Shown one piece after another: positions 32,950 through 43,554 of a stretch of 64,000 nucleotides of DNA. This stretch comes from Spirochaetaceae bacterium (lineage in GTDB: Bacteria; Spirochaetota; Spirochaetia; DSM-2461), in the NCBI GenBank assembly GCA_051531975.1, contig JAOPTT010000006.1, positions 192,656-256,655 of the forward strand. The letters run 5' to 3'. The position numbers were made by a program, and so were the translations under genes. The notes beneath the pieces are model-generated. The model searched no databases, was not told the DNA's origin, and saw only the letters and a list, made by a program, of their open reading frames with translations. Position 1 is the stretch's first letter, and each line of letters starts with the position of its first letter.

Positions 32950-34188
32950 TTAGATTATGGAAGCTCTTCTTATAGGCATGCTCATACATCGTGGACCACC
33001 TCGACCTCTAACTAGCTCAGAACCTTCTATTTCAACAACTTCAATATTATTGTTTCTAAGAGTTTCATTAGAAGCTTGATTTCTTCTGTAAGTTACAACT
33101 GTTCCTGGTGCAATAGCCAGTGTGTTTGTACTATCGTTCCACTGTTCTCTGGCGGCTGTTATTTTATCACCACCACCGCTATCCAGTAGTATAACATCTT
33201 CTCTACCCAATGCTTCATTTAATGCAACTTTAAGGTTATCTTTTGGTGTAATTTTTAATGTACCTATTCCCTTAAGTGCAGGGGTTATCTTAAATATTTT
33301 AAGTTCATCTTTGATACCTGGGAAAATAGTGAATTTATTACGATCAAGCATTGTAAAAACTGTGTCGAGGTGCATATATGCTCTTTTTACAGGTATTTGA
33401 ATTACAAGAACCTCTTTAACTTTTGATTCTCCATTAAATAAGTTTTCAGCAAGTTTTTCAATTGCACCTGGGGATGTTCTTGAACTACATCCAACAATTA
33501 TGGCTTTTTCGCTTAATACAAGAATGTCGCCTCCTTCAATTGAATCGACATTGTTATAATCATACCATAATCCAGCAAAAGATCCCTTTATATCCCTGTG
33601 ATACCTGTTTATATACGCTAGAATCATTGTTTCTCTGTTTCTCGCGAGAGTTTTCATGGAATTGATTGAAATACCATTTCCTATAACCGCTCCTGGATCT
33701 CTTGTAAAATACAGATTTGGGATTGGATTAATATAATAAGGGTAATCATCAGTAATGTAATACGATAGACTTCTGTTGCCAATTTTGTAATCGATTTCAT
33801 TTTTATGAAGTCCTGCAATAAGTATCTCTGTCAGTTCCTTTGGATTTCTTGATTTTAAATATTCAACAATAGCTTCATTCTCTTTTAGTTTTGCTATTCC
33901 GGTGAAATTGGTTATTTCAGATATTATTTTATTTTTTACGTGGTCTTCTTTTAAAATATCTTGGAGCAATTTCTCATAATAATAAACTTGACATCCTCTA
34001 TTCCGGAGAGTATCGGCAAATAAGTCGTGTTCTTCCTGCATTTTACCAAGCCATGGTATATCATCGAAGAGAAGTTCTTCCAGATACTGAGGAGTTAGTT
34101 TTTCTAGTTCTTTACCGGGTCTATGCAGAAGGACAGCTTCAAGTTTTCCCACTTCTGATTTTATGTTATAGAAAGGCATATCGTTCAT
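32950..34188 (-). CDS. arcA: Arginine deiminase
   Basis: SEVGKL..VLLHRPG, LLFDD, NLYFTRD, IEGGD, MHLDT and RGRGGPRCMSMP motifs. Confidence 0.93.
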   Translation of the reverse strand: MNDMPFYNIKSEVGKLEAVLLHRPGKELEKLTPQYLEELLFDDIPWLGKMQEEHDLFADTLRNRGCQVYYYEKLLQDILKEDHVKNKIISEITNFTGIAKLKENEAIVEYLKSRNPKELTEILIAGLHKNEIDYKIGNRSLSYYITDDYPYYINPIPNLYFTRDPGAVIGNGISINSMKTLARNRETMILAYINRYHRDIKGSFAGLWYDYNNVDSIEGGDILVLSEKAIIVGCSSRTSPGAIEKLAENLFNGESKVKEVLVIQIPVKRAYMHLDTVFTMLDRNKFTIFPGIKDELKIFKITPALKGIGTLKITPKDNLKVALNEALGREDVILLDSGGGDKITAAREQWNDSTNTLAIAPGTVVTYRRNQASNETLRNNNIEVVEIEGSELVRGRGGPRCMSMPIRRASII

Positions 34189-34386
34189 AACGTTTATCCT
34201 TATTGTTATTTTTATATAGTAATAATATCTTTTGATTGATCAATTTACAATAAAATATCAATAATTTCTTCTTTAACTCCAGGAAAATTTAAATGATAGA
34301 TTTTGATAGATCACTCATATATACCCCAAATGATACAGCTGGTGTAACACCGTATAATTTTGATGTCATATTTTAAGAAAAATAAA

Positions 34387-37300
34387 TTATAGTGATAACT
34401 TTTCCAAAATCCTTTTATTTATATCGTTACAAGTTGTAAAATTATACTTTCCTATAGCTGATTTTAACTCTTTAAGATCTTGATTCAGGTCATCTGTTAA
34501 TTTGTATTTCATAATCAATTCAAGCTGTTTCTTAATATTATTGGGTCTCCTGCTTAATATCTGTTTTTTAAGTTCATGAAATAGTAATATAAGATCACTG
34601 TTTGAAATAGTTTTTTCTGGAGATACCTCGATATTTTCTTGTGTTAAATTCACAAAATTTAGTGAATTAATTAGTGATTCTAATTCACTATTAAAATCTA
34701 TAAGTTCTTCTTTGAAATCTGTTTTATTTTTTAATAATCCTTCAAGCTTTTGTGAAGATTCAGTTAGAGATATTGCTCCTATGTTTGCTGAAATACCTTT
34801 AATTGTATGGACCATTCTTACTGCGGTATTGTAGTCATCTATCTCTATAGCACTAGAAATATCCTTAGGTACATTTATATAATTATCTTTGAAATTAATA
34901 AGGAGTTTAATATATAAGTCTACATTCCCATTTAGGTGTGACAGACCTTCTTGGGTATTTAATCCTTCTATTTGGGGTATAACATTTATATCAATATCAG
35001 ATTTAATTGAGTGTCTATATGTTTCCGGTAGTATTCGCTTCCCGGCTTTTATGTATTTTATTAAAACTCTCCACAACTCTTCAGGAATAATAGGTTTAGA
35101 TACATAATCATTCATTCCAGCATCTTTTACCTGTTCTCGTACACCAGTCATGGCATCTGCAGTCATAGCTACAATCGCAAGGTCTTCAAATTGCTCATTT
35201 TTCCTAATCTCTATAGTTGCCTCATACCCACCCATCCGTGGCATTTGCAGATCCATTAATACAAGATCATAATTTTTATTACCTATCGCATCTATCGCTT
35301 CAAAACCATCTTCTGCTATATCTACAATAAAGCCTTCACTTTCCAATGTTTCCATAGCAACCTGCTGATTTATTTTATTATCTTCAACAAGTAATAAGGT
35401 CGCTCCACGTATTAAATCCATTTCAGATATTGATATATCACTGTTATCTACACCTTGGTTTTCATCATTTATAGCCGACTCTAACTTTATAGTAAAATAG
35501 AAAGTACTACCTTCGCCATAAGTACTTTCCACACCAATCTCTCCGCCCATTAGTTCTGTAAGCTTTTTACTGATAGCAAGACCTAGTCCTGTGCCACCAT
35601 ACTCCCTAGTTGTTGAAGTATCAGCTTGTACAAATGATTGGAATAGTTTTGTCGTTTGATTATCTGTTAGTCCAATACCTGTATCAGTTACCTCAAACTT
35701 CATTGTTGTAATATTATCATTTATTTGGATTATTCTACTTTTAATTGTTATAGACCCTGAATTTGTAAATTTAATTGCATTGTTAGATAAGTTTAAGAGT
35801 ATCTGACTCAGTCTTAGTGGATCTCCTGAGAAATAAACATCCATATCTTTATCGTTATCAATAATAAGCTTTAAATTCTTAGTATGAACTTTGGGTATTA
35901 TCATCTCTTTTAGATCATGTATAACTGTAATAGGATTAAAATTTATTGTTTCAATATCTAATTTACCAGCTTCTATCTTTGAAAAATCAAGGATGTCATT
36001 AATAATACCTAGTAGATTATTAGCAGAGGAACCGATCTTTCCAACATAATCTGTTTGTTTCTCATTTAGTTCAGTTTTAGCTAATAATCTATCAAGTCCT
36101 ATTATCGCATTCATAGGTGTTCTTATTTCGTGACTCATATTTGCTAAGAAATCACTTTTTGATTTAGTTGCATCTTCAGCAATCTTTTTTGCATATTCTA
36201 ATTGTTCCGTATGTTGAATTTGCTTTTCAACTTCCATAAATGAACTGGCAAACCTCATTGTTAAGACAATCGACTGGAATATTATAAAGGTTAATAGACC
36301 ATAGGATATTAGATTAGATGAGTGGATGATACCTGCAGCAAAGAGAATGTCATTGATTATTGCTAAAAACATCGCTGTAAATCCTATAAGGATTAATAAA
36401 GCTGTTTTATCATTATTGATTAAGTTTTTTATCAATATAAATAGAACATAAATACCTGATGATAGTGTCGTAATTTGAAAAAATGGAATTAAATATGAGC
36501 TTATTGAAACTGATGAAACAATTGTAAAAATTGAAAAAGATATACTGATAACAAATACTATTTTTATAAGTTTTTTTAAGAAGTTATCTCTAAAAATGAA
36601 ATAGGTGAATAGTAGAAAAAGAGGTATAGCTGCAAAAAATGATATATACTCAATGTTTACTAGGATTTTCCATGGGAAGTTTGGAATAAGTTTTAATAGT
36701 AGAATATCCCCTGTTACAAATATTCGCACGACTATCACAAAACAATAAATAGAGAAAAACAGAGCCTCTTTCCCTTTTTTATGGATGAAAGAGAGGGCTA
36801 GATAGTATATTCCCATAATCACAATTGCTCCGATAAAAAATATATCTTTATCTCTTTTAGATTGAATAAATGATCTTATATTCTGTTCTGATCCTAGTGT
36901 TAGTGTTTCCCACATGCCACCCTGACGGTAATTATAATTGGATATTTTAACTATAATTTCAATATTCTCAGATTCTGGTCTAAAGGTTATTAAGTGTTGT
37001 TTATATCCTGGAATACTATTTAGTTTATCTTTTCCTATTTTACCAGAGCTACTTTTTAATTCTCCATTAATATATATTTCAGCAGAAGTTTGTAAGTAGG
37101 TTGCTGTAAGAGATAGGTTCTTTATATCTTTATCAATAAGTATATTAATTCTGTAAGTTGCATATCCATCACCCTTTAATTCTTCACCTTTATAATTATA
37201 ACCGTTCCATGTATCAGGAAGATAAAAAAACTGAATATTAGAATATGACGGATTGAATTCACCCCAATAAAATTCCCAGTCTCCTACTAATTCGATAGGT

Positions 37301-37443
37301 TTTTCATTATCGAAATCCCAATTTATTAAATCAATTACTCCCGTTTCGACTGTAGGAGCAGTATTTGAATTTAGACTTTTATTACATGTAGATAATATTG
37401 AGACAAATATAATAATTAGAGAAAATTTGAATGTTTTATGCAT
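34387..37443 (-). CDS. Hybrid sensor histidine kinase (7TM-DISM sensor, HisKA, HATPase, REC, Hpt)
   Basis: L.GDWEFYW/GYATY extracellular motif, 7 TMs, FLANMSHEIRTPMN, LVLMD REC, HTIKG Hpt. ATG 37443 is preferred over GTG 37461, which overlaps the promoter. Confidence 0.9.
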   Translation of the reverse strand: MHKTFKFSLIIIFVSILSTCNKSLNSNTAPTVETGVIDLINWDFDNEKPIELVGDWEFYWGEFNPSYSNIQFFYLPDTWNGYNYKGEELKGDGYATYRINILIDKDIKNLSLTATYLQTSAEIYINGELKSSSGKIGKDKLNSIPGYKQHLITFRPESENIEIIVKISNYNYRQGGMWETLTLGSEQNIRSFIQSKRDKDIFFIGAIVIMGIYYLALSFIHKKGKEALFFSIYCFVIVVRIFVTGDILLLKLIPNFPWKILVNIEYISFFAAIPLFLLFTYFIFRDNFLKKLIKIVFVISISFSIFTIVSSVSISSYLIPFFQITTLSSGIYVLFILIKNLINNDKTALLILIGFTAMFLAIINDILFAAGIIHSSNLISYGLLTFIIFQSIVLTMRFASSFMEVEKQIQHTEQLEYAKKIAEDATKSKSDFLANMSHEIRTPMNAIIGLDRLLAKTELNEKQTDYVGKIGSSANNLLGIINDILDFSKIEAGKLDIETINFNPITVIHDLKEMIIPKVHTKNLKLIIDNDKDMDVYFSGDPLRLSQILLNLSNNAIKFTNSGSITIKSRIIQINDNITTMKFEVTDTGIGLTDNQTTKLFQSFVQADTSTTREYGGTGLGLAISKKLTELMGGEIGVESTYGEGSTFYFTIKLESAINDENQGVDNSDISISEMDLIRGATLLLVEDNKINQQVAMETLESEGFIVDIAEDGFEAIDAIGNKNYDLVLMDLQMPRMGGYEATIEIRKNEQFEDLAIVAMTADAMTGVREQVKDAGMNDYVSKPIIPEELWRVLIKYIKAGKRILPETYRHSIKSDIDINVIPQIEGLNTQEGLSHLNGNVDLYIKLLINFKDNYINVPKDISSAIEIDDYNTAVRMVHTIKGISANIGAISLTESSQKLEGLLKNKTDFKEELIDFNSELESLINSLNFVNLTQENIEVSPEKTISNSDLILLFHELKKQILSRRPNNIKKQLELIMKYKLTDDLNQDLKELKSAIGKYNFTTCNDINKRILEKLSL

Positions 37444-37656
37444 ATTTATAAAGTATAACACTTAGAATTTTTAAGTCAATTATATTTACTTGGTTCGTTA
37501 AAGGATTAAAAAAGAACCATTTGCCATGAAAGAAATTGTTTCGAATCATAAAAATTATTATTTTATTAAAGTGGAATTAATATAAAACTAATTTTTTGTT
37601 TTCAAATCCTTATTACTGTCTATTGTTATATTTGTATCTAAACGATAATATTAATT

Positions 37657-38322
37657 ATGAAATATTTAGTAGATACAGCAAATTTAGAAAAGTTAGAGAA
37701 AATCTATAATTATTTTCCTATAAGTGGAGTTACTACAAATCCTACAATAATTAAAGATTCTGGTATGAAATTAAGTCAAGCAATAAATTCAATCCTTAAG
37801 ATTGTTGGTGATAGTTCCATACATATTCAGGTCATGAGTGAAACTTGTGAAGATATTGTAAAAGAAGCAAAAAAGTATAAATCATATTTTGATTTAGGTG
37901 ATAACTACTATACTAAGATTCCAATTACTCTAGAAGGATTGAAGGCAATAAAAATTTGTAAGGATTCTGGGATGAATGTTACAGCAACAGCTATTTTTAC
38001 TCAGCAGCAAGCTTTATTAGCAGCTAAAGCTGGTGCAGATTATGTTGCTCCTTACGTCAGTCGTTTGGATAATATAGCTTCTCATGGTATAGATGTTGTT
38101 CGGGATATTGCAATCAACATGTCAGATTTTAATCTAAATACTCAGGTTCTTGCAGCAAGTTTTAAAACAGTGGATCAGATCTATAGAATTAGTATGGCTG
38201 GGTGTCACTCGGCTACAATTAACCCAGAATTATTATTACAATTATTACACCATCCAATGACAGATATTAGTATCGAAAAATTCTTAGAAGATGGAAAGGG
38301 AATATACGATATTTCTATTTAA
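37657..38322 (+). CDS. fsa: Fructose-6-phosphate aldolase (transaldolase family)
   Basis: DTA, GVTTNP, KIP Schiff-base Lys. FSA-type Gln (HIQV) and Tyr (APYVSR) replace the transaldolase Glu and Phe. Confidence 0.8.
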   Translation: MKYLVDTANLEKLEKIYNYFPISGVTTNPTIIKDSGMKLSQAINSILKIVGDSSIHIQVMSETCEDIVKEAKKYKSYFDLGDNYYTKIPITLEGLKAIKICKDSGMNVTATAIFTQQQALLAAKAGADYVAPYVSRLDNIASHGIDVVRDIAINMSDFNLNTQVLAASFKTVDQIYRISMAGCHSATINPELLLQLLHHPMTDISIEKFLEDGKGIYDISI

Positions 38323-38363
38323 CATTTATTAAAACATAATAGTTTAAAAGAGCAATAATAGTA

Positions 38364-38768
38364 TTATTGCTCTTTATATAATCTTATATTTTCAATTACT
38401 CTTTCTAATCTAGATTCAATAGCAGGTGCAATTTTATTTAGCTCCTCGTTTTCTACTGAAGACATAGCTACGGTAGGTTTAATAATAGATACTGAAGTTC
38501 CACCATCTTTTTCAAATAGAATAACATTGCATGGTAATAGTAGTCCTATATTTTCTTCTGCTCTAACAGAATCGTATGCATCTTGAGGACTACATGCTCC
38601 TAATATAAAATATTTTTTAAAAATAATTCCAAGTTTATCCTTAAATTTTTCACTCATATCTACTGTACTAACTATTCCAAAACCTTCTTCTTTTAATTTT
38701 GAAATTACGAAATCCATACTAGATTCAATATCTTTTTCTAGATATGCTTCAAAACCATATTTAATCAT
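38364..38768 (-). CDS. DUF302 family protein
   Basis: LKEEGFG, ILGACSP and IGLLLPCNV motifs. Confidence 0.85.
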   Translation of the reverse strand: MIKYGFEAYLEKDIESSMDFVISKLKEEGFGIVSTVDMSEKFKDKLGIIFKKYFILGACSPQDAYDSVRAEENIGLLLPCNVILFEKDGGTSVSIIKPTVAMSSVENEELNKIAPAIESRLERVIENIRLYKEQ

Positions 38769-39007
38769 ATCACCTCCGAGTAATTACATGTATACATTTA
38801 ATTGTAGTAGAGTTCGGTATTAAAGTATAAAAATTTTTTTATCAATTTAAATATATTTTTTACTTATAGGAATTTTAAGATGGACTAAGAACTGATATAT
38901 ATGAACAGGATTAAAGTGTTACATGATTAATAGAAATATAATTGTGATTAACTATTACTTGTTTTTGATCTGAATTCAAATACAATTATATATAGAGGCT
39001 AATTAAA

Positions 39008-39766
39008 ATGAATAGATTAATAATAATTTCATTCGTTTTCTATTTAATGACAACATTTTGCTTTTCTCAATCAGAAATCATATTTAGAGTTTCAGAGCAT
39101 CCACCATACTATTTTTTAGAAGATGGTAAATGGACAGGTCTATCTGTTGAATTGATAAACATACTGCTTATAGAAGCTGGATATTCCATAACTTACAAAA
39201 ATATTCCATGGAAGCGTGCACTTGTAGATATAAAACTTGGAAATATTGATGCAATGGCTAATTTATCAATAACAGAAGAGAGAGAAGAGTTTATACATTT
39301 TATTGGGCCACAAATGGATGAATCAATGGTTCTTTTTCTTCCCCAAAAATCAGAATATACTATTACTAATTTTGATGATATAAAAAAAATATCTGGAAAA
39401 ATTGGAATTCAATTAGGAGTTTATTATGGAGAAGAATTTAGTAAAAAGTTTGATTCAGATTTAGAATTTCAAAAAAAGTTTGTTATAATTAAAGACGGAA
39501 GTATGTATGGGGTGTTATATAAAAACAGCCGTTTGATAGGGTTTATAATTAATAGATATGTATTTTATTACAACCAGTTTTTAAATGATGAATATAAGGA
39601 TTTGAAGGAGCATTCTTTTGTAATAAATGAGGATTTAATTTATTTTGGTTTTAGTAAAAATAATTTTTCAGAAGATGAGATTATTAAATTACAGAAAGTA
39701 CATAATAAAATTATGCAGAGAGGAGATTATAAAAAAATATTAAATAAATATAGGGGTTTTAAATAA
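39008..39766 (+). CDS. Periplasmic substrate-binding protein (family 3/PBPb)
   Basis: Signal peptide; HPPY, GLSVEL, PWKRAL and ITEERE motifs. Confidence 0.85.
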   Translation: MNRLIIISFVFYLMTTFCFSQSEIIFRVSEHPPYYFLEDGKWTGLSVELINILLIEAGYSITYKNIPWKRALVDIKLGNIDAMANLSITEEREEFIHFIGPQMDESMVLFLPQKSEYTITNFDDIKKISGKIGIQLGVYYGEEFSKKFDSDLEFQKKFVIIKDGSMYGVLYKNSRLIGFIINRYVFYYNQFLNDEYKDLKEHSFVINEDLIYFGFSKNNFSEDEIIKLQKVHNKIMQRGDYKKILNKYRGFK

Positions 39767-39768
39767 AA

Positions 39769-40365
39769 TTATATTTTTCTTAAAACAATATTAAACAGAT
39801 GCCAATGCTTTTCAGAACCATCCGCTATTAGACCTTTCTCATCAACTTCTTTATAATATTCAGGAATATAGTTCACAATAAGATCATCAATTTCTTCATT
39901 TGTAAAAAATGACATCTCTTGAATATTGGCCCAGTCATCATTTTCACCAAATATTTGTCCTGAGAAAACACCATTGCTTTTTAGACCTTTATAAATATCA
40001 TCCCATATTTTTATAAAATCTGATTTTTTGCAAAAAGGTAATGAAAATGTTGCATTAATTAAATTATATGAATTATTTGTTATAGTGAAGTTTTGCATAA
40101 ATGTATGTTCTAGAGTTAAACTTTTTTTTAGCTTTTTTGATACTTTATTTTTTATAATATCTATGGAATTTTTTTCTTGATCCAATGCTGTAACTTTAAA
40201 ACCTTGTTCTAACAGATGCAAAGCATCACTTCCAGTACCAGAACCAATATCTAATGCGCATTTATTAGGTTGATCTTTAATTAGTTTTGCTGCAAATACA
40301 AGTGTTTCATTTGGTTCTTTATCAATCGTATTTTTAAAATAATCGCTCCAAGGGCTTTTTTTCAA
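39769..40365 (-). CDS. Class I SAM-dependent methyltransferase
   Basis: ALDIGSGTG motif I; TTG start after AGGAG. Confidence 0.85.
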   Translation of the reverse strand: MKKSPWSDYFKNTIDKEPNETLVFAAKLIKDQPNKCALDIGSGTGSDALHLLEQGFKVTALDQEKNSIDIIKNKVSKKLKKSLTLEHTFMQNFTITNNSYNLINATFSLPFCKKSDFIKIWDDIYKGLKSNGVFSGQIFGENDDWANIQEMSFFTNEEIDDLIVNYIPEYYKEVDEKGLIADGSEKHWHLFNIVLRKI

Positions 40366-40558
40366 TAGTATCTCCTAATAAGCAGACTATAACACATTAA
40401 AAGTTTTTATTACAAACCTTCAAAGTATTGTCTGGAAATCAAATTATATATTGTTCTCATTCTCAATTAAGTACAAATAACATGTAAAATATTAACCAAT
40501 TATTATATGACCTTGTGCCCATTGGATCTTATAGGTTTAAAGGCACAAGATTTGATGT

Positions 40559-41230
40559 CTATTTTACTTCTATTTTTTTCTCTACCTTAAAACCTTTAAT
40601 TATTAACCATATACTAAGGTATAATTCAAATAATCCACCAGGAATGTTTAATAACATACTTAATTCAAAACCAAAAAGTTCACTTAATGATCCTATAATA
40701 AAAATTATATAACCATAAAACCCCCATATAGAAATATATTTTGGTATGAGTTTTGATCTATATAATAGATGGGTAAAAAACAATCCACCGATCCCCCAAA
40801 TTGCCATACTAATATGATAAGAGTAAAAAGCACCTTGGTTTAAAATATGGGATATTGTATCTACATTTATAGAAGCAGCATTGGACTCAAATGATTCACT
40901 TAATGGAAGCAATAATATTGAAAATAGAGCCCTTATTATCATTATTACTGTTGAAGTTATAGCAAATGCTAAATAACCGTAGGCTGCACTGCTATTGTAT
41001 TTTTTTAATGTTGGAACCATAAGAAGAGGTAAAGCGATATTGGCTATTGTATGTATAAATGCTATTAACAATATTCCAATAATAAATTGACTTCTCTGGG
41101 TTGTTAGTAGATTCCAGACATCCCCAGATAGAGATATTGAATCTACTAAAAAAGATCCTAAACCGTAAGATATAAATGCCATAATAAATGAGATTCCAAA
41201 AAGTTTAGTTTTAATATTATTGTTTTGCAT
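40559..41230 (-). CDS. DUF4386-like membrane protein
   Basis: About 6 TMs; LLYRSKLIPKYISIWG and PGGLFELYLSIWLIIKGF motifs. Confidence 0.75.
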   Translation of the reverse strand: MQNNNIKTKLFGISFIMAFISYGLGSFLVDSISLSGDVWNLLTTQRSQFIIGILLIAFIHTIANIALPLLMVPTLKKYNSSAAYGYLAFAITSTVIMIIRALFSILLLPLSESFESNAASINVDTISHILNQGAFYSYHISMAIWGIGGLFFTHLLYRSKLIPKYISIWGFYGYIIFIIGSLSELFGFELSMLLNIPGGLFELYLSIWLIIKGFKVEKKIEVK

Positions 41231-41294
41231 AATTTGCTCCTCTGTTTTAAAAGAAGTCTATTGCATATTTAGAATCTATATTTGATAGTTTGTG

Positions 41295-42188
41295 CTACTT
41301 TAAGGGAATTACATATTTAGTTTTAAAATTCCCTGTATATCGGTCTATAATATCTTCAAATAGTTCGTAATCGGTTCCTGAGCCTCTTTCATAACCAGAA
41401 TTGTATAACCAATATCCATAAATAAAGTCTACAGTCTTTTTAGCAATTTCATCGTCAACATTTGTAACTACATCAAAAACAGCCACTTTTTGTTTAGGTA
41501 TAATAAAACTTGTCATACCATGGGGTATTATATAAATTTTACTTACTGGGATACCTGCAATATATCTTAATAAATCTTCAGTATAAAATCCTGAAGGACT
41601 TATTGTTAATGCACATAGTTTAGAATTATCAGCACCTAATATCTCATTTTCCCTATCAAAAAGTTTAAACCAAGTCTCTCCAACAGATTCACAAATAGGA
41701 TCCAGAGTAGTAAAAGGGGATGGTACCGATGTTTCTAAACCTACAATATATTGTTTTGGTAAATCTACAATATGAGGTTTAAGATCCATACCATCAATTA
41801 GGTGAGTTAATAGTTCTTGGGATAGAACAGGTTTCTGGTTTGTTAATACCTTAGGCTTTACTTTTCTATATTGTTTTGGAGAATAATTAAAAAAGGCTTT
41901 AAAAGATCTAGTAAATGATTCATGGGAGTTAAAGCCCACTTCAAAAGCAATATCAATAATAGTTCTACTTGTAGTAGATAACAGTTCTGATGCTCTAGAT
42001 AGACGTCTACCTCTAATATATGAACCTATCGAATCACCAACTATACTCTTAAATAATCTCTGGAAATGCCATGGAGAAAGATCTAACTGTTTAGACAAAT
42101 CTAGGACATTAACTTTGTATGTTAAATTATTCTCAATTTCTTCAATTAGTTGAGAAATCATTTCCATATGTTTTTTTATACTGGTCAT
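41295..42188 (-). CDS. AraC-family regulator with GyrI-like effector domain
   Basis: IEENL..SPWHFQRLFK..YIRGRRLSRA..IIDIAFEVGFNSHESFTRSFK, followed by a C-terminal GyrI-like domain (IYGYWL...YE.F...IPL). Confidence 0.88.
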   Translation of the reverse strand: MTSIKKHMEMISQLIEEIENNLTYKVNVLDLSKQLDLSPWHFQRLFKSIVGDSIGSYIRGRRLSRASELLSTTSRTIIDIAFEVGFNSHESFTRSFKAFFNYSPKQYRKVKPKVLTNQKPVLSQELLTHLIDGMDLKPHIVDLPKQYIVGLETSVPSPFTTLDPICESVGETWFKLFDRENEILGADNSKLCALTISPSGFYTEDLLRYIAGIPVSKIYIIPHGMTSFIIPKQKVAVFDVVTNVDDEIAKKTVDFIYGYWLYNSGYERGSGTDYELFEDIIDRYTGNFKTKYVIPLK

Positions 42189-42272
42189 ATTATGATTATA
42201 TAGTAATACATAATTTATTTCTTGATTTCTACTATATGAAATATAATAATTAGAATATAAAAGGATTATTTA

Positions 42273-42578
42273 ATGACAGATAAAAGAAAACATACAAGGT
42301 ATACAGTTATGTGTAAAGCTGAATGTATAAACACAGAAGTTACCGTTCTTGATATGAGTAGGGAAGGTATGAGAATTAAATCTTCTTTTAACTTGAATGA
42401 AAAAGGTGACATATCCTTTTGTATAATTTTACCTGACCTCGATATAATAAACATTGTAGGTGAAATTATGTGGAATAAAAAAATAGAAGATGATGAATTT
42501 TATTATGGTATTAAAATAAATAGTATTTTAGGTGAACATGAATCCTCATTCCTCTCATTTCTAAATGAACTAAAGTAG
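42273..42578 (+). CDS. Stand-alone PilZ-domain (c-di-GMP-binding) protein
   Basis: RxxxR (KRKHTR) and DxSxxG (DMSREG) motifs. Confidence 0.85.
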   Translation: MTDKRKHTRYTVMCKAECINTEVTVLDMSREGMRIKSSFNLNEKGDISFCIILPDLDIINIVGEIMWNKKIEDDEFYYGIKINSILGEHESSFLSFLNELK

Positions 42579-42607
42579 TTTTAATTAGAATATGGGATAT
42601 TTATATC

Positions 42608-43396
42608 TTATTCTGTGTACTCTACTTCAATAAGATCTTCACCATATTTATTAAATACTTCAGTTATTTTTCCACTTTCTAATAAAATATCAAAGGTTGC
42701 CTGAAACCTACTTATTACTTCATCTGATGTTGAAGAACTAAAGGCATAATATAATTTTGATTCACTTGCGAGATAAATAGGTTCAAAGTTATTTATGTTG
42801 AGTTCTAAATGTTCTATATCAGCAATAAAAGAAGTCCACTCACTTAATAATATCTGTATTCTACCCTTATCAAGAATTTTAACAACATCAGAACCCTTAT
42901 GTGCTCTAACTAGCTTATTTAAGGGAACACCAAGGTTTTGTAGGAAAATCTCACTAGCATCATCGATTACTGAACCTATTTTATATTTATTAAGATCTTT
43001 AGTATTTGATATTGTAATATTTTGATCTTTTCTGGCTATTAAATAATTTTTATACTCTAAAACTGGACCAACCCATTTAAAAAGTTTTTCACGTTCTTTT
43101 GTTCTTGATGTTAAAAAAAGTATTGTATTATCTTTTTTTAATGCATTGTTATACGCCCTCGACCATGGAAGAATTTTTATATCCTCTTTTTTTTGTTCAC
43201 TGTTTAGCTGCTTAAGCATTAATTCCATAATATCTACAGATATTCCGGTTATCTCATTGTTCTCTATATACTGATATGGTTTCCAATTTTCAGTTGTAAT
43301 AGAAAATTTAGGTAACGTTTGACTGTATATTCCTGTTGTTGTAATAATAAATATAAGTGCCCATATTAAGTTTTTTATCGTTTTATATATTATCAA
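42608..43396 (-). CDS. Periplasmic substrate-binding protein (family 3/PBPb)
   Basis: TENWKPYQY, GISVD, PWSRA and RTKEREKLFKWVGP motifs. Confidence 0.85.
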   Translation of the reverse strand: MIIYKTIKNLIWALIFIITTTGIYSQTLPKFSITTENWKPYQYIENNEITGISVDIMELMLKQLNSEQKKEDIKILPWSRAYNNALKKDNTILFLTSRTKEREKLFKWVGPVLEYKNYLIARKDQNITISNTKDLNKYKIGSVIDDASEIFLQNLGVPLNKLVRAHKGSDVVKILDKGRIQILLSEWTSFIADIEHLELNINNFEPIYLASESKLYYAFSSSTSDEVISRFQATFDILLESGKITEVFNKYGEDLIEVEYTE

Positions 43397-43554
43397 TATC
43401 TTCTCGCTTTAATGTTTAATATTCTAAGTATAAGTTATCCTAGAAATTAATCAAACTTTTATTGAATCATTTGATTGTGATTATACCTAACATATAATCG
43501 GTGATTTAAATTTTACAGCTTTGAAGTATATTGTTGTAGATATTCTATCTAATA

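Noticed and set aside
34230..34315. FNR/ArcR-like TTGAT..ATCAA sites upstream of arcA
   Set aside because: The spacer is 2 nt rather than the required 4 nt.
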